DNA of 63,864 bases, the filler included, from Nemertoderma westbladi (lineage: Eukaryota > Animalia > Xenacoelomorpha), in NCBI GenBank assembly GCA_032718475.1. It is 4 parts of 4 records of this genome, joined end to end, with 100 filler letters (N's around TTAATTAATTAA, not from the genome) between each part and the next. Parts side by side here need not be neighbours in the genome. Positions count along the whole stretch, not along the records: positions 37,295 to 55,371 come from JAUCBJ010004965.1; positions 55,472 to 63,864 come from JAUCBJ010003877.1; 2 more parts are not named here. One strand, 5' to 3'. A program made the translations under genes and the position numbers. This document shows, piece after piece, positions 51,523 to 63,864 of the stretch (position 1 is the first letter of the stretch; every line of letters starts with the position of its first letter). The notes beneath the pieces were generated by a model. It worked only from the letters and a program-made list of their open reading frames with translations, ran no database searches and was not told the DNA's origin.

Positions 51523-53135
51523 TTTTTTTTTTTTCAAGGTGCACCCCTAAACGGGGTAAAAGGTTTATTCTTTTAAAATTGTTAAAAATAGCAATATACA
51601 GGTGGAGCAATAAGTTTAAAATTAATTAAAAATTTTACAATTAGTTAGAATGAAATACGATTCAGTACGAATATCGAAGTCTCATGGCTGTGGTGAACCA
51701 ATTTTCTTTTAGTGATATGGGTGGCTGGCCAGTTCTGTCAGAGAGGGGCAGCAATCGCAGTTGAGAGCGTGGTATCTGTCCACGGCTGAGTTCTTACAAT
51801 ATTTACAAATACATTGCGATGACAGCTCGTGGAAAGGGGTGCAGGTCAAGCAGATGAGGTAGTGAAACCCATGGGCGGTTGCCCTGGTGACAGTGTGCCG
51901 GTTTCTCTGCTGTGAGGATTTCCAACTCGACGTTGTGAAGGCTGGGCCCCTTGTGTAACCCTGCCGGTTGAAGTTTTCTGTGCGTTCGGTTCGGTAAGAG
52001 CGATATTGGTCTAATGCTGTAGGGTTGAATAGCGTGGGGTTTACGATAAGGAGATCTTCAATGAATGTTTTTTCTCCTATAGCTTTAATGGCCATGGTTG
52101 TCGATGAGTTGGATGGTAGGGAGAGCACCCTTTTAATAAACTTTGATTTGATTTTATCCAGTTCTTTCATGTGTGCAACTGTAAAGAAGCAACCGATCTC
52201 TACAAGACCATATGATACCATTGGCTGTATTTTCATTGCGAAGATCTTCATTGCGGTACATATTGACAGTCTGTTTAAATTTCGAAGACAACCAATCGCT
52301 GCATAAGATTTCCGCTTTCTTTTGTTAACATGTTTGGTAAAAGTGAGGGTCGGTTGCAAGGTTATGCCAAGATATTCGTATTCATTGCAGATGAGAACTT
52401 CTTTTCCCCCGTAGTAGAATTTATCGTTAATACACAGCCGGCCACCATTACGGTACTTCATTATTTTTGTTATAGAGAGGTTCATTTCCATTGAATTATT
52501 TATACACCATTCTTCTAGGACATCAAGACCGCGTTGGATAACTTGTGGATTCGAAGAATAAAAGGCTAGATCGTCCGCAAAGAATATGAATCGTATCGCT
52601 CTCGATATTGCACGGAGTGCAGTTGCGAGGCTGGTAATAAAAATTATGAAGCAAGTTGGGGAGAATGAGTCTCCCTGCAGAATTCCTCGCAACTGTGTGA
52701 TCGGTTTTGATAGGCTGAAACCGTCGGATATTTTTATTGTATTTGTTAAGAATGCCTTAATGAAGCCGAATAATTTCCCCTTTATTTCGAAATCGTTATA
52801 TATCTTGCCAAGGAGCAAGGCTCGGTTCACTAGGTCGAATGCCTTTTTAAAATCAACAAAGGCTACATACATTACACGGTCTTCTTTTGAGTGAAGGGCT
52901 TTGTTAATATCTGAGACGAGTTTCCTTATTGCTTGCATATTTGATCTCCCTGGTATAAATCCATATTGCTCATCTGGGAACAGGTGGGATATGTTCCGTT
53001 GTACCCGTTTGTTTAGTATGGAGGTTAATAATTTTAGGAAAACACAGATAAGAGCGATACCTCTATAGTTATTTGGGTCCATCAGGCTCCCTTTCCCCTT
53101 GTATATAGCCTTGATGATGCTACATGTCCATGACA
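51523..53135 (-). mobile_element. 5'-truncated non-LTR retrotransposon (RT plus C-terminal Cys/His finger) in a dachshund intron
   Basis: ORF 51709-53136: NYRGIAL, QYGF, FVDFKKAFD, GILQGDSFSP, FFADD, CKYCKNSAVDRYHALNC; AATAAA and poly(A) near 51523-51570; TATTTGTTTT on both flanks; clade not determined. Confidence 0.9.
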
Positions 53136-53241
53136 TATTTGTTTTTTAAAGTTATGTATTACGTTAGTGATTTCGTGGGGAGGCTGCTGGAGGTCCGATT
53201 GGGGTCCCACACTTTGCCCTCCATACAGACTATAATCTAAC

Positions 53242-53348
53242 CTTGCTGATGTGCAGTCCTCGTAAAGTAAATCAAACTGATCCCGGGTAATAAGTTTACA
53301 TCTGTTGACTCCAGGTTGAATAGCACCCAAACTCCTTAACACTCTGAC
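53242..53348 (-). CDS. dach: Dachshund DachBox-N (Ski/Sno/Dac) exon, second part
   Basis: VRVLRSLGAIQPGVNRCKLITRDQFDLLYEDCTSA; ttcag| acceptor and |gttaga donor. Confidence 0.93.
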
Positions 53349-53538
53349 CTGAATACAACAAAATATATCAATAGACAATCAATGTATTTACGCATCATTT
53401 TGAAAGAAATAAACCAAAATTAAATCGTGATTTGAAAATTCTAATGAAACTTTTATATTATTCTACTAAATTCGACTCAGTTATTCTTTTTTTCCTTATT
53501 TTTCATCGAATAATTTTTTTAATAGCGCCGAAACTCAC

Positions 53539-53745
53539 TTGTTCGACATTACACACGATGGGATTTACATCCAATCGTTTGAGTTTCGTATAAACCGTAT
53601 GGAGTCCGCCCACAAGGTGTTTGAGAAACAGTTCGAAGGCCTGCGGTAAACATATGTATTCGTGGTCTTGGATAGAAAATGCCACCAACTTGTGGCCCTT
53701 ATACTCAACCAATCGGGCCTCATTATTAGCGGGATCATTTGGTAC
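53539..53745 (-). CDS. dach: Dachshund DachBox-N exon, first part
   Basis: NNEARLVEYKGHKLVAF...ICLPQAFELFLKHLVGGLHTVYTKLKRLDVNPIVCNVEQ; ttcag| acceptor and |gtgagt donor; upstream exons lie outside the contig or were not recognised. Confidence 0.95.
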
Positions 53746-54171
53746 CTGAAAGAAGGAAAATTAAAAACTAAAAAATATAAGTCGTAAATAGACATTAATT
53801 AGAATATCATTTGTCGACAAACGACAAAACAGAACACAGCCCCAGAATATTGAATTATTACCAAGTGTTTCTGCATCTGTTCGTAGTTTAATAGTTAGCA
53901 TACATTATAGAGCCTAATACAAGGGACTAACTCACTAACTGTGTTGTTCAAAAACAATATTCTATTTCTATCTGTAACAGATGCTTCTCAATAGCGACAG
54001 TAAAAATAGCGCAGTAACACATTTCAACAAACTATTGATTTGTCTCATTAAACCAGCGACTCTATGTGTGAAAGAAAGCTCTAAACGTAATTGATTAATC
54101 AACTCATGCCTTTTATCATTATTTCAATTCAGATTCGTATTATTAATTAATCAGATTCCAAAGCCAACGGG

Positions 54172-55147
54172 TCAGCTTGGTTCATAACTACACCATGGTT
54201 TATTTTACACTGGACACCGGACAGCTTGGTTCATAACTACACCATGGTTTATTTTATACTGGACACGGGACAGCTTGGTTCATAAAGCTACACCATGGTT
54301 TATTTTACACTGGACACCGGACAGCTTGGTTCATAACTACACCATGGTTTATTTTATACTGGACACGGGACAGCTTGGTTCATAAAGCTACACCATGGTT
54401 TATTTTACACTGGACACCGGACAGCTTGGTTCATAACTACACCATGGTTTATTTTATACTGGACACGGGACAGCTTGGTTCATAAAGCTACACCATGGTT
54501 TATTTTACACTGGACACCGGACAGCTTGGTTCATAACTACACCATGGTTTATTTTATACTGGACACGGGACAGCTTGGTTCATAAAGCTACACCATGGTT
54601 TATTTTATACTGGACACCGGACAGCTTGGTTCATAACTACACCATGGTTTATTTTATACTGGACACGGGACAGCTTGGTTCATAAAGCTACACCATGGTT
54701 TATTTTATACTGGACACCGGACAGCTTGGTTCATAACTACACCATGGTTTATTTTATACTGGACACGGGACAGCTTGGTTCATAAAGCTACACCATGGTT
54801 TATTTTATACTGGACACCGGACAGCTTGGTTCATAACTACACCATGGTTTATTTTATACTGGACACGGGACAGCTTGGTTCATAAAGCTACACCATGGTT
54901 TATTTTATACTGGACACCGGACAGCTTGGTTCATAACTACACCATGGTTTATTTTATACTGGACACGGGACAGCTTGGTTCATAAAGCTACACCATGGTT
55001 TATTTTATACTGGACACCGGACAGCTTGGTTCATAACTACACCATGGTTTATTTTATACTGGACACGGGACAGCTTGGTTCATAAAGCTACACCATGGTT
55101 TATTTTATACTGGACACCGGACAGCTTGGTTCATAAAGCTACACCAT
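54172..55147. repeat. Minisatellite with alternating 49- and 51-bp units (100-bp higher-order period)
   Basis: CATAACTAC..CACGGGA alternates with CATAAAGCTAC..CACCGGA. Confidence 0.93.
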
Positions 55148-55371
55148 ACATACCTGTGGGGGTGTGTTGGAGGAATACATACATACCTGTGGGGGTGTGT
55201 TGGAGGAATACATACCTGTGGCGGTGTGTTGGAGGAATACATACATACCTGTGGGGGTGGTGTGTTGGAGGAAAACATACCTGTGGCGGTGTGTTGGAGG
55301 AATACATACCTGTGGGGGTGTGTTGGAGGAATACATACCTGTGGGGGTGTGTTGGATGAATACATACTGTC
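55147..55371. repeat. 31-38-bp minisatellite (ACATACCTGTGGGGGTGTGTTGGAGGAATAC)
   Basis: About 7 copies to the contig end. Confidence 0.9.
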
Positions 55372-55471
55372 NNNNNNNNNNNNNNNNNNNNNNNNNNNNN
55401 NNNNNNNNNNNNNNNTTAATTAATTAANNNNNNNNNNNNNNNNNNNNNNNNNNNNNNNNNNNNNNNNNNNN
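55372..55471. other. Artificial contig linker
   Basis: 44 N + TTAATTAATTAA + 44 N. Confidence 0.98.
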
Positions 55472-55472
55472 A

Positions 55473-58400
55473 ACTTTGTCTCGTTTTGTAGCATGGATGA
55501 ATGGGTTATCAGTCGTTCAAGTCAAGGTTCATAATAAGTACACGATGGATGACTTCGATGATGACCTCCGGGCTGTTCTTAGACGATCTGGTTGTAAAGG
55601 AGAGAAAATTTGTTTTATTCTGGATGAAAGTAACGTTTTAGATAGCAGTTTTCTTGAGAGAATTAATACATTATTGGCTAATGGTGAGGTGCCTGGTCTG
55701 TTTGAAGGGGATGAGAATGCATCTCTTATGACTCAGTGCAAGGAGGGCTCACAGCGGGATGGTAAAATGCTTGATTCTAATGATGAACTCTACAAATGGT
55801 TCACACAACAGGTTATGAAGAACTTGCATGTTGTTTTCACTATGAACCCTTCAGTCGATGGACTCAAGGACAGGGCTGCTACTTCACCTGCGCTGTTTAA
55901 CAGATGCGTTATGGATTGGTTTGGCGATTGGTCTACACACGCATACCACCAAGTTGGAAAGGTGTTTACCAGTAAAGTTGATCTCGAAAAGACAACTTGG
56001 AAACCCCCTAGTTATAGTCCCGTTCAGTATGATGAGATTCCCCCTGCCGAGAGCTACAGGGATGCAATCAACACGGCATTTGTTTACATACACAAAACGC
56101 TGCACACTGCGAATATTGGATTAACTAAACGCGGTTTAAAGACTGTGGCTATTACTCCAAGACATTTCCTTGATTTCATCAATCATTATGTTGCATTGTA
56201 TGCAGAGAAGCGTTCGGAATTGGAGGAACAGCAGCTGCACTTAAACGTTGGTTTGCAGAAAATTCGGGAAACAGTGAACCAGGTCCAGAGTTTACAGAAG
56301 TCGCTCAATGATAAATCAAAAGTTCTTACTGAAAAGGAACTTGCTGCTAATTCCAAACTTAAACAAATGGTGAAGGACCAACAGGAAGCCGAACAACAGA
56401 AAGTTGCTAGTAAGAAACTCCAGGGTGAGCTTATAGAACAAACAAAGGTTATTAATGTGAGAAGGGAAGCGGTGATGAAGGAGCTGAGTGAAGTGGAGCC
56501 CGCTGTGGAAGAGGCTAAGAGTGCAGTTAAAGGGATAAAGAAATCGCAGTTAGATGAAGTTCGAAAGTTCCCAAATCCCCCAGTACTTGTGAAACTTGCT
56601 ATGGAATCGATATGTTTGTTACTTGGCGAGAAAGCTGATGATTGGAAACAAATCAAACAATTGTGTATGAAGGACACATTTATACCTAGTATTGTGAATT
56701 TTGACACTGAATCTATCACTGATGAGCTGAGACATAAGATGGATAAGTATATCAAAAATCCAGACTACAACTTCGAGAAAATAAATCGGGCGAGTCAGGC
56801 ATGTGGGCCGCTTGTTAAATGGGCTTCGGCACAGATTAGGTACAGCAACATGCTGAACCAAGTAGATCCCATGAGACAGGAATTGCAGCGTCACCAAGCG
56901 CAGGCAAAAGTGAACAAAGATAAGGTTGATGAGATGGCAATTAATATAGTCGCACTGGAGAAAAGTATAACTGGTTACAAGGAGGAATATGCCGCATTAA
57001 TTTCAGAAGCGCAAATAATTAAGGCGGATGCTGCGGCTTGTGAATCGAAAGTTGTCAGGAGTGTGGCCCTCCTTACTAGTCTATCATCAGAGAAGATAAG
57101 GTGGGAGTTATCTTCAGAGAGCTTCAAATATCAGATGCAAACCATAATTGGTGATGTTCTGCTCTCCTCTGCTTTTATGGCATATGCTGGATACTTTGAA
57201 CAGAATATGAGAGAGAATTTATTCAAGATTTGGACGGATCATTTGCAACAATGGGGAATTGATTTTAAATCTGACCTGAGTCTTGTGGAATATTTATCGA
57301 CGGCTGATGAAAGAATTCAATGGCAAAGTAATGCGCTACCTGCTGATGACCTTTGCACAGAAAATGCAATAATGTTGAAACGGTACAACAGATATCCTTT
57401 AGTTATTGATCCTTCCGGACAGGCTACATCATTCATTCAAAATGAATATCGCGGACGAAAAATTGTCAAAACAAGTTTCCTTGATGATTCATTTAGAAAG
57501 AATTTGGAATCCGCTTTGCGATTTGGAAGCCCGTTATTAGTTCAGGACGTCGAGTCATATGACCCAATTCTGAATCCGGTACTGAATAAAGAAGTAAAAC
57601 GAACAGGAGGTAGAGTCCTCATAACTATTGGTGATACTGATATAGATCTCAGTCCGTCCTTTGTTATATTCATGTCGACTCGTGATCCTACCGCTGACTT
57701 TCCAGCCGATTTATGCAGTAGAGTAACTTTCATAAACTTCACAGTTACTCGAGCGAGTCTGCAGAGCCAATGCTTGAACACAGTACTCAAAGCTGAGCGT
57801 CCGGATGTGGACGAAAAACGGTCGGATTTGTTGAAACTTCAAGGTGAGTTCAAATTGAAATTACGACATTTGGAGAAGGCGTTGCTTAAAGCGCTCAATG
57901 AATGTCAAGGAAACATTCTGGACGACGATAAAATAATCGCTACTTTAGAAACCCTGAAGAAGGAGGCTGCTGATGTGCAGAGAAAAGTCGAAGAAACTGA
58001 TGAAGTGATGGCTGAGGTAGAAACTGTTTCTGAGCAATACCTTCCTCTAAGTCAAGGTTGTTCTTCTATCTACTTTGCATTGGAAAGCTTACACCAGATT
58101 CACTTTTTATATCAATATAGTCTGCAGTTTTTCTTGGAAATATTCCATGCTGTTCTGTATGAAAACAAAGATTTGAAAGGGGTTACGGATTGTAGTAAAC
58201 GTTTGGCGATTGTCACACAGCAGCTGTTTCTGGTTACATTTGCTAGGGTATCTAGAACTATGCTTCACAAAGATAGGATTAGTTTTGCCATGGCGTTATC
58301 CCGCATTCACATGAAGCAGGTACTGCAAGGTGATGTCACTTACGACACTGAATTCCATGCCTTCCTAAAAGGATCCCAGAAGTCGATGATACGAGGCAAA

Positions 58401-60638
58401 GTGGATGCGATTAAAGGATTCTCAACTGAGCAGTGTGAACGCCTTGCTACGCTTAAGACGATACCTGCCTTTACGGGTTTGAATCAGTGGATAAAAGCAT
58501 ATCATGATGAGTTTAAATGTTGGACAAATGAATTGGAACCTGAAAAATGTGTTCCAGAATGTTGGGATGAAAGTAAACCACTTAATGAAATAAGTCGGTG
58601 CTTTCTGAGATTACTGATGGTGCAAGCGACTCGACCCGACAGAGTGCTGGCTGCTTCTAATGAACTAATTCGAACAGTGATGGGAGAACGGTTTATCCGA
58701 CTTATGGACCAACCAGTTGATTTAGCCAACATTGTAGCCAATGAAATCAAACCAGCGACACCGATCCTTATGTGCTGCGAGACCGGGTATGACGCTTCGA
58801 GTAGGATTGATGACTTGGCAGCCGATAATCGTAAACAGATGAGTTCCATTGCTCTGGGTTCGGGAGAGGGATTCACGCAAGCTGAAAAAGCCATAAGTTC
58901 CTCATCAAAATCGGGTCGATGGGTTTTATTGAAGAACGTCCATCTCGCCCCACAATGGCTTGTTTCTTTAGAGAAGAAGTTGCACAGTTTACAACCCCAC
59001 TCCGAATTCCGACTGTTTTTAACCATGGAAATATCCCCGAAACTTCCATCAAGTCTCCTTAGAACTGGTCGAGTTATCACTTTCGAGGCTCCACCAGGAA
59101 TAAAAGCAAATCTCACGCGCACATTCTCCGATATTTCGAGCGATCGAATGTGCAAACCTCCGAATGAAAGAGCTCGCTTGTACTTTGTGCTCGCTTGGTT
59201 CCATGCTATCGTCCAGGAACGGCTGAGGTACGCACCACTCGGATGGTCCAAAAAATACGAGTTTAGCGATTCAGACTTACGTTGCGCTTGCGACACCCTA
59301 GATACCTGGCTGGATGGTGTGTCTAAGGGAAGAGCAAACATAGCCCCAGAAAAGGTACCTTGGAATGCACTGAGAACGTTACTGGGGCAGAGTATCTATG
59401 GAGGAAAGATAGACAACCAGTTCGATCAGCGGTTGTTGGTCTCTTTCCTCAATAAGTTGTTTACGCCATCGTCTTTTGAGTCAGAATTCGCTTTGGTTCG
59501 AAATGTGGATGGCCAGTCCGGGAAGCATATCGTCATGCCAGATGGTTTCCGCCGCGATTCCTTCTCCGCATGGGTCGATAAACTACCGGATTCACAGACC
59601 CCGTCCTGGCTGGGACTCCCCAATAACGCCGAGCGTCTGCTTCTCACCAAACAGGGTGTTGATCTCACCTCGAAGCTGCAGAGGATGCAGATGGTACTGG
59701 AGGCGGACGACCCTGAGGAACAGCAGGCGAGGCGCTCCAAGATGGGGTTGAAGAAGCAGGACACCTTGGGAGACGGACGGCCCGCGTGGATGCGGCAGCT
59801 GGCCGCGCAGTCTCGCGAGTGGTTGACCGTGCTGCCAACCACCATAACCGGAATGAATCGAACGCCGGAAAATATCAAGGATCCCTTGTTCCGTTTCTTC
59901 GAGAGAGAAGTCAATTCCGGCAAAAATCTTCTGCGTGTCGTTTTATCTGATTTGGATGAAGTCCATATGGTTTGCGATGGGAAGAAAAAACAGACAAATA
60001 TATTGCGGTCGTTGATCGACGATCTGGCTAAAGGGATCGTTCCCAGCAGTTGGCTGCGATATAAGGTGGCTGCAGGCACAACCGTAATGGTCTGGTTGGT
60101 TGATTTCAGCGAGAGAGTTAGGCAGTTGGATCGCGTCTCGAAGGCGACGGGTAAGGGCGGTCTCCGGGCAATCCAGGAGCAGCATGTGTGGTTGGGGGGT
60201 CTGTTTACCCCGGGCGCGTACATAACGGCAACGAGGCAGTTTGTCGCCCAGGCCAACGATTGGTCCCTGGAGGAGTTGAGTCTCAGCGTTCGTGTATCCG
60301 ACTCAGACGGTTCCGATCTGCAGTTCGACGCCTCCAGTTTCGCGATCTCGGGTCTCAAGTTGATCGGGGCTCAGTGTCGCAATAATACGCTGAGTTTGTG
60401 TCGGGATATCGAAACAGCGTTGCCGTTGGCCCGCTTTCAGTGGGTTCGTACCGACAGCGACACCCTCCCGTCGACCTCCCCCGATCAGTTAGTCAATCTC
60501 CCGGTCTATCTCAACCAGAACCGACAGATCCTGCTCTTCACGCTCGATTTCGAGACCAGCGGTGAGGGATCCGGGAAGAATCACAGCTTCTATGAACGCG
60601 GAGTCGCATTGTTAACAACGGGAGGGCAGGGTTCGTAA
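55473..60638 (+). CDS. DYNC1H1: Cytoplasmic dynein 1 heavy chain, 5'-partial (AAA4, stalk/MTBD, AAA5, AAA6, C-terminal domain)
   Basis: [97 protein letters not shown]; one uninterrupted frame of about 1720 codons; start truncated by the contig edge. Confidence 0.97.
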   Translation, partial: TLSRFVAWMNGLSVVQVKVHNKYTMDDFDDDLRAVLRRSGCKGEKICFILDESNVLDSSFLERINTLLANGEVPGLFEGDENASLMTQCKEGSQRDGKMLDSNDELYKWFTQQVMKNLHVVFTMNPSVDGLKDRAATSPALFNRCVMDWFGDWSTHAYHQVGKVFTSKVDLEKTTWKPPSYSPVQYDEIPPAESYRDAINTAFVYIHKTLHTANIGLTKRGLKTVAITPRHFLDFINHYVALYAEKRSELEEQQLHLNVGLQKIRETVNQVQSLQKSLNDKSKVLTEKELAANSKLKQMVKDQQEAEQQKVASKKLQGELIEQTKVINVRREAVMKELSEVEPAVEEAKSAVKGIKKSQLDEVRKFPNPPVLVKLAMESICLLLGEKADDWKQIKQLCMKDTFIPSIVNFDTESITDELRHKMDKYIKNPDYNFEKINRASQACGPLVKWASAQIRYSNMLNQVDPMRQELQRHQAQAKVNKDKVDEMAINIVALEKSITGYKEEYAALISEAQIIKADAAACESKVVRSVALLTSLSSEKIRWELSSESFKYQMQTIIGDVLLSSAFMAYAGYFEQNMRENLFKIWTDHLQQWGIDFKSDLSLVEYLSTADERIQWQSNALPADDLCTENAIMLKRYNRYPLVIDPSGQATSFIQNEYRGRKIVKTSFLDDSFRKNLESALRFGSPLLVQDVESYDPILNPVLNKEVKRTGGRVLITIGDTDIDLSPSFVIFMSTRDPTADFPADLCSRVTFINFTVTRASLQSQCLNTVLKAERPDVDEKRSDLLKLQGEFKLKLRHLEKALLKALNECQGNILDDDKIIATLETLKKEAADVQRKVEETDEVMAEVETVSEQYLPLSQGCSSIYFALESLHQIHFLYQYSLQFFLEIFHAVLYENKDLKGVTDCSKRLAIVTQQLFLVTFARVSRTMLHKDRISFAMALSRIHMKQVLQGDVTYDTEFHAFLKGSQKSMIRGKVDAIKGFSTEQCERLATLKTIPAFTGLNQWIKAYHDEFKCWTNELEPEKCVPECWDESKPLNEISRCFLRLLMVQATRPDRVLAASNELIRTVMGERFIRLMDQPVDLANIVANEIKPATPILMCCETGYDASSRIDDLAADNRKQMSSIALGSGEGFTQAEKAISSSSKSGRWVLLKNVHLAPQWLVSLEKKLHSLQPHSEFRLFLTMEISPKLPSSLLRTGRVITFEAPPGIKANLTRTFSDISSDRMCKPPNERARLYFVLAWFHAIVQERLRYAPLGWSKKYEFSDSDLRCACDTLDTWLDGVSKGRANIAPEKVPWNALRTLLGQSIYGGKIDNQFDQRLLVSFLNKLFTPSSFESEFALVRNVDGQSGKHIVMPDGFRRDSFSAWVDKLPDSQTPSWLGLPNNAERLLLTKQGVDLTSKLQRMQMVLEADDPEEQQARRSKMGLKKQDTLGDGRPAWMRQLAAQSREWLTVLPTTITGMNRTPENIKDPLFRFFEREVNSGKNLLRVVLSDLDEVHMVCDGKKKQTNILRSLIDDLAKGIVPSSWLRYKVAAGTTVMVWLVDFSERVRQLDRVSKATGKGGLRAIQEQHVWLGGLFTPGAYITATRQFVAQANDWSLEELSLSVRVSDSDGSDLQFDASSFAISGLKLIGAQCRNNTLSLCRDIETALPLARFQWVRTDSDTLPSTSPDQLVNLPVYLNQNRQILLFTLDFETSGEGSGKNHSFYERGVALLTTGGQGS

Positions 60639-62501
60639 AGGTAGCATTGCGTCCGGTCGTGGGTCTGATTGTTGGACATCGTTCAGAATACAAACTATTA
60701 CTCTCAAATTGCTCACTATATTATCCAAGTATACTTAGATGTTAGGGGTTATGTTAATTATTATATTTAGATTTATAATCAAATCTGATTTTACGTGGGT
60801 TGCGGTATGATAATTATTAAATTTAGTTATATTATTATTATACTATTTCTGGGTTTATGTATATCTTATATTATCTTATCATATCTTTAGTAATTATATA
60901 TTTAATGTTCGGATATGTTTCCCTTATAAACTTTAAATCTTTGGTAAAATCGTTTGTGATTGGTTCGTCATTGCTTATGCCTGATTAATCTAATTAAATA
61001 CCTACAAACACACGGTGTCAGGATCGCATTGCAAATATCGACATTGAAGGTAAATTAAATAAATATACTTGTTTGAAAGTGTCATAACAACAGTTACTAA
61101 ATTTGACCATCACAGTATCACACCATTGTTTGTAAGCCATTATTTGTAGAGTTATGACTGAGATCAATTTACTGTTTCTGAAATTCTGACAAGTATTTTG
61201 CATATCGTTCACCTCTGGTTGATTAAATTGCTAGTAAAAACATCATGTGTGTGTATCTAAAGTCTTTAGCACCTTACAGTGTCGCGATGATGATTGGTTA
61301 GTGTCACTGCTAGTACTCTGCAACCACGGTGTCGTGATGCCGATTGGTTTGTTTCACTGCTAGTACTCTGCAACACGGTGTCATGATGCCGATTGGTTTG
61401 TTTAGTGTCGTTACTCTGCAACAAGTACGAAGTTTTATTGAAAAATTGTAACATTACTTACTAAACCACTTCATTGTAAACTAATGTGTGATTAGTTTTG
61501 GTGGAAATTCTCACTTGTTATTATTTATATGATAATTGACGGGGTAATCTGCGAGTTGTCAGAGACACTCGCAATTATTTAGGGTCTGGAAATGACTCAA
61601 AAAGTCAGTTTATAATGTGTGTAGTTTCCTGTATCGGTACATTAAATATGTATAACTATAATAACCTGATTTTTTGGGAGTTATTTTAGCCATACTCGTA
61701 AACGTAATAGCAATAAGCTAGACAACGTTTTTTCCGCAGTGATGCCATGTGCTATATATAGACGCTGTGTAATTTTGACAATTGGAAAAAATGTATTATT
61801 AAATATATTAAATACCATTAATTTTCAATAAAGTTGTGTAATATTATTATTTTCATGCATTTAATATTAATTGGCAGTTATCAAGGTGTATCTTGTTACG
61901 TTAGTGCCCATCATATTACTGTTTTAGTTGCCCATGCAAACATATGGCATAATATAATTGATGTAAATCGTAATTTTCAGTTTTTGCCTATTTTGTAATT
62001 ACCATTGTTGTATTTATTTACTGGGCATAGTAATTTTATTTTCATGAAGCAATGAAGCATTGCTTAGCAACTATGCGAATAAACAAGCAACACGAGACAT
62101 GCGCCAATGAAGCTCGTATCACGTCGCTAAATACACCTCGGTGTCGCGTCGCTAAATACAGAGCATAATATTTAGTTATAACATAATCATAATTATTTAA
62201 ACAATGTTTATAATTAACTAATCAATATTGGCAACTTTTCAGTGTCCATTCATTGCCAGATTTTTACGTGGGGGGGGGGGGGGGGGGGGGGGGGGAGGCT
62301 GGCTTTTGACGCAATCAAAATTCATCCCTCTCCAAGGGAAAGATTATTGATTACTCGCAAAATTAAACTGAAAAACCTATTAACTTTATTAACTAAAAAC
62401 CTATTTAATAAATTAAAGTTAAAACCTATTAACTTTAATTTATTGTTTTGGTTAGAATAACTATTCAGTGTTGATTGACAACCATCGATAATAATCACCT
62501 A

Positions 62502-63414
62502 AAGTCGCGTTCACATTCAACGGAACGGTACACCGCGCGGCGTACCGCAGGGCCAGCGGTACACCGCTGACTGTGAACGACCCAACAGGTAGTTGTGCGC
62601 TAAACCGCGCGGTTTACCGCAGCCCATTTAAACAATGGTAAAATAATTAATGTAATTTCCTGTTGAATTCACAGTCGACAGATAGACAATCAGTTACCGC
62701 AACGGTACCATTGGGTGTGAACGGGCTCCGGGTAGTGTACCGCTGTCTTACCGCTTCAATTCCGCCAGACTACTTTACCGCTAAAGCCCGGTTTCCATGA
62801 TGCAATATAGCTAGTAGCCTCGAGCTAGTAGCTACTGGGTCATCGCCAATAGCTAATAGCCACGGCCACTAGCTACAGGCCGCAGCCAGTGGCTACTTGC
62901 CGCAAAACCAGTAGCTACTGGCCGCGAAGCTACTAGCTATTTGCGCGAGGAAAATAGCCTTCAACCAACTTGCCACGCCATATATTTTATATAGTGTATC
63001 TGTTTCATCATATTTTATCTATACACAACCTGTGTGTGATACAACATTTTAATCAATAATATTCCCTTTTTAACATATGTATATAACAGCCACAATAAAA
63101 AAAATTAAAGAAAGCCGTAAAATACCTTTTATGTCATGGGTGGAAATTAACTGAAAGATACAAAAACAAGTAATTAAAAAAAAGAGGACCGATGAACCAT
63201 TTCAGATAGCTGTGTGATTTACGGAAACAGGGTGTTTCATAGATACCGGGATGACAGTGTTTCAAATAGCCGGTAGCTACGAGTCGCGGCCAACAGCTAG
63301 TAGCCTGCTGATACCAGCTATCAGTGGCCACTAGCCGCATTGTGGTACGTAGCTAGTAGCTATGTTACATCATGGCACCCGGGCTGTACGCACCGTTGGA
63401 TGTGAACGGGGCTT
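62502..63414. mobile_element. MITE with TA flanks containing a nested second MITE
   Basis: AAGTCGCGTTCACATTCAACGG / CCGTTGGATGTGAACGGGGCTT imperfect TIRs, TA on both sides. Confidence 0.7.
62784..63386. mobile_element. Nested MITE with GCTAGTAGC subterminal repeats
   Basis: AGCCCGGTTTCCATGATGCAATATAGCTAGTAGC / GCTAGTAGCTATGTTACATCATGGCACCCGGGCT TIRs; TA flanks. Confidence 0.75.
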
Positions 63415-63416
63415 TA

Positions 63417-63650
63417 GGAAGGTTGACGACTTCCAGTACCTTGGGCATGGATAGAGAGAGTAGCAAAAAAGACAGGAATCATGAAAACAAAGGCATGGGA
63501 AATTCTATCAGAAATGGATACCATCTGGAAATCAGACCTCTCCAGGCGCCTATTGATGGTTGCTACACAAGACTACTAAGGGCAGCCCTAAACATCAGCT
63601 GGAGACAACACTTGACAACCGCCGAGCGTTACGGTACAATACCCCATGTA
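63417..63650 (+). mobile_element. Old RTE-like LINE fragment
   Basis: KVDDFQYLG...IWKSDL...IDGCYTRLLRAALNISWRQHLT across frames, with deletions. Confidence 0.7.
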
Positions 63651-63864
63651 ATCACTCCCGGTCGGTCTCCCATCATATGAAGCAGATCAATCAGCAATAT
63701 GAAATTAAACCAATCTTTTCTTGTGTATATTAGTAATAATTATACCTTATTATGTATTGTGTATAAAATTATTCAGTGTACCAGTCACCAGTATCTACAG
63801 TACTGCTAAATAAGAATATGGTACAGTATGCATAATAATTGTACCTTTGTACCCCAATTTCGAT

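Noticed and set aside
58502-60358. Antisense ORFs of 279 and 310 aa
   Set aside because: Shadows of the dynein coding frame with no recognisable motifs.

Overview
Animal (invertebrate-like) nuclear DNA, not prokaryotic. The window is four contigs (1-22368, 22469-37194, 37295-55371, 55472-63864) joined by artificial 100-bp N/TTAATTAATTAA/N linkers, so adjacency across linkers is not evidence of synteny. Recognisable host genes: the last two exons of DYRK1A/minibrain, a complete two-exon MDM1, several exons of dachshund (minus strand), and the intronless 3' 5.1 kb of cytoplasmic dynein 1 heavy chain. Introns are inflated by many minisatellites and nested transposons (RTE LINEs, another LINE, and hAT-, piggyBac- and TA-type non-autonomous elements). 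Most unusual items: (1) an intronless ORF with an apparent signal peptide, two PRDM7/9-type PR/SET domains, seven N-glycosylation sequons and a C-terminal RKRREEL; (2) a 9.2-kb LTR-type element with no visible RT or integrase whose decayed ORF joins a WRN/EXD2-like DEDDy 3'-5' exonuclease to three CCHC knuckles, with mismatched U3 regions and a possible self-priming site; (3) tandem repeats that copy a splice junction in three different genes; (4) a perfect 186-bp-arm foldback with a 5-bp target duplication. All family assignments are by eye from remembered motifs; no searches were run.
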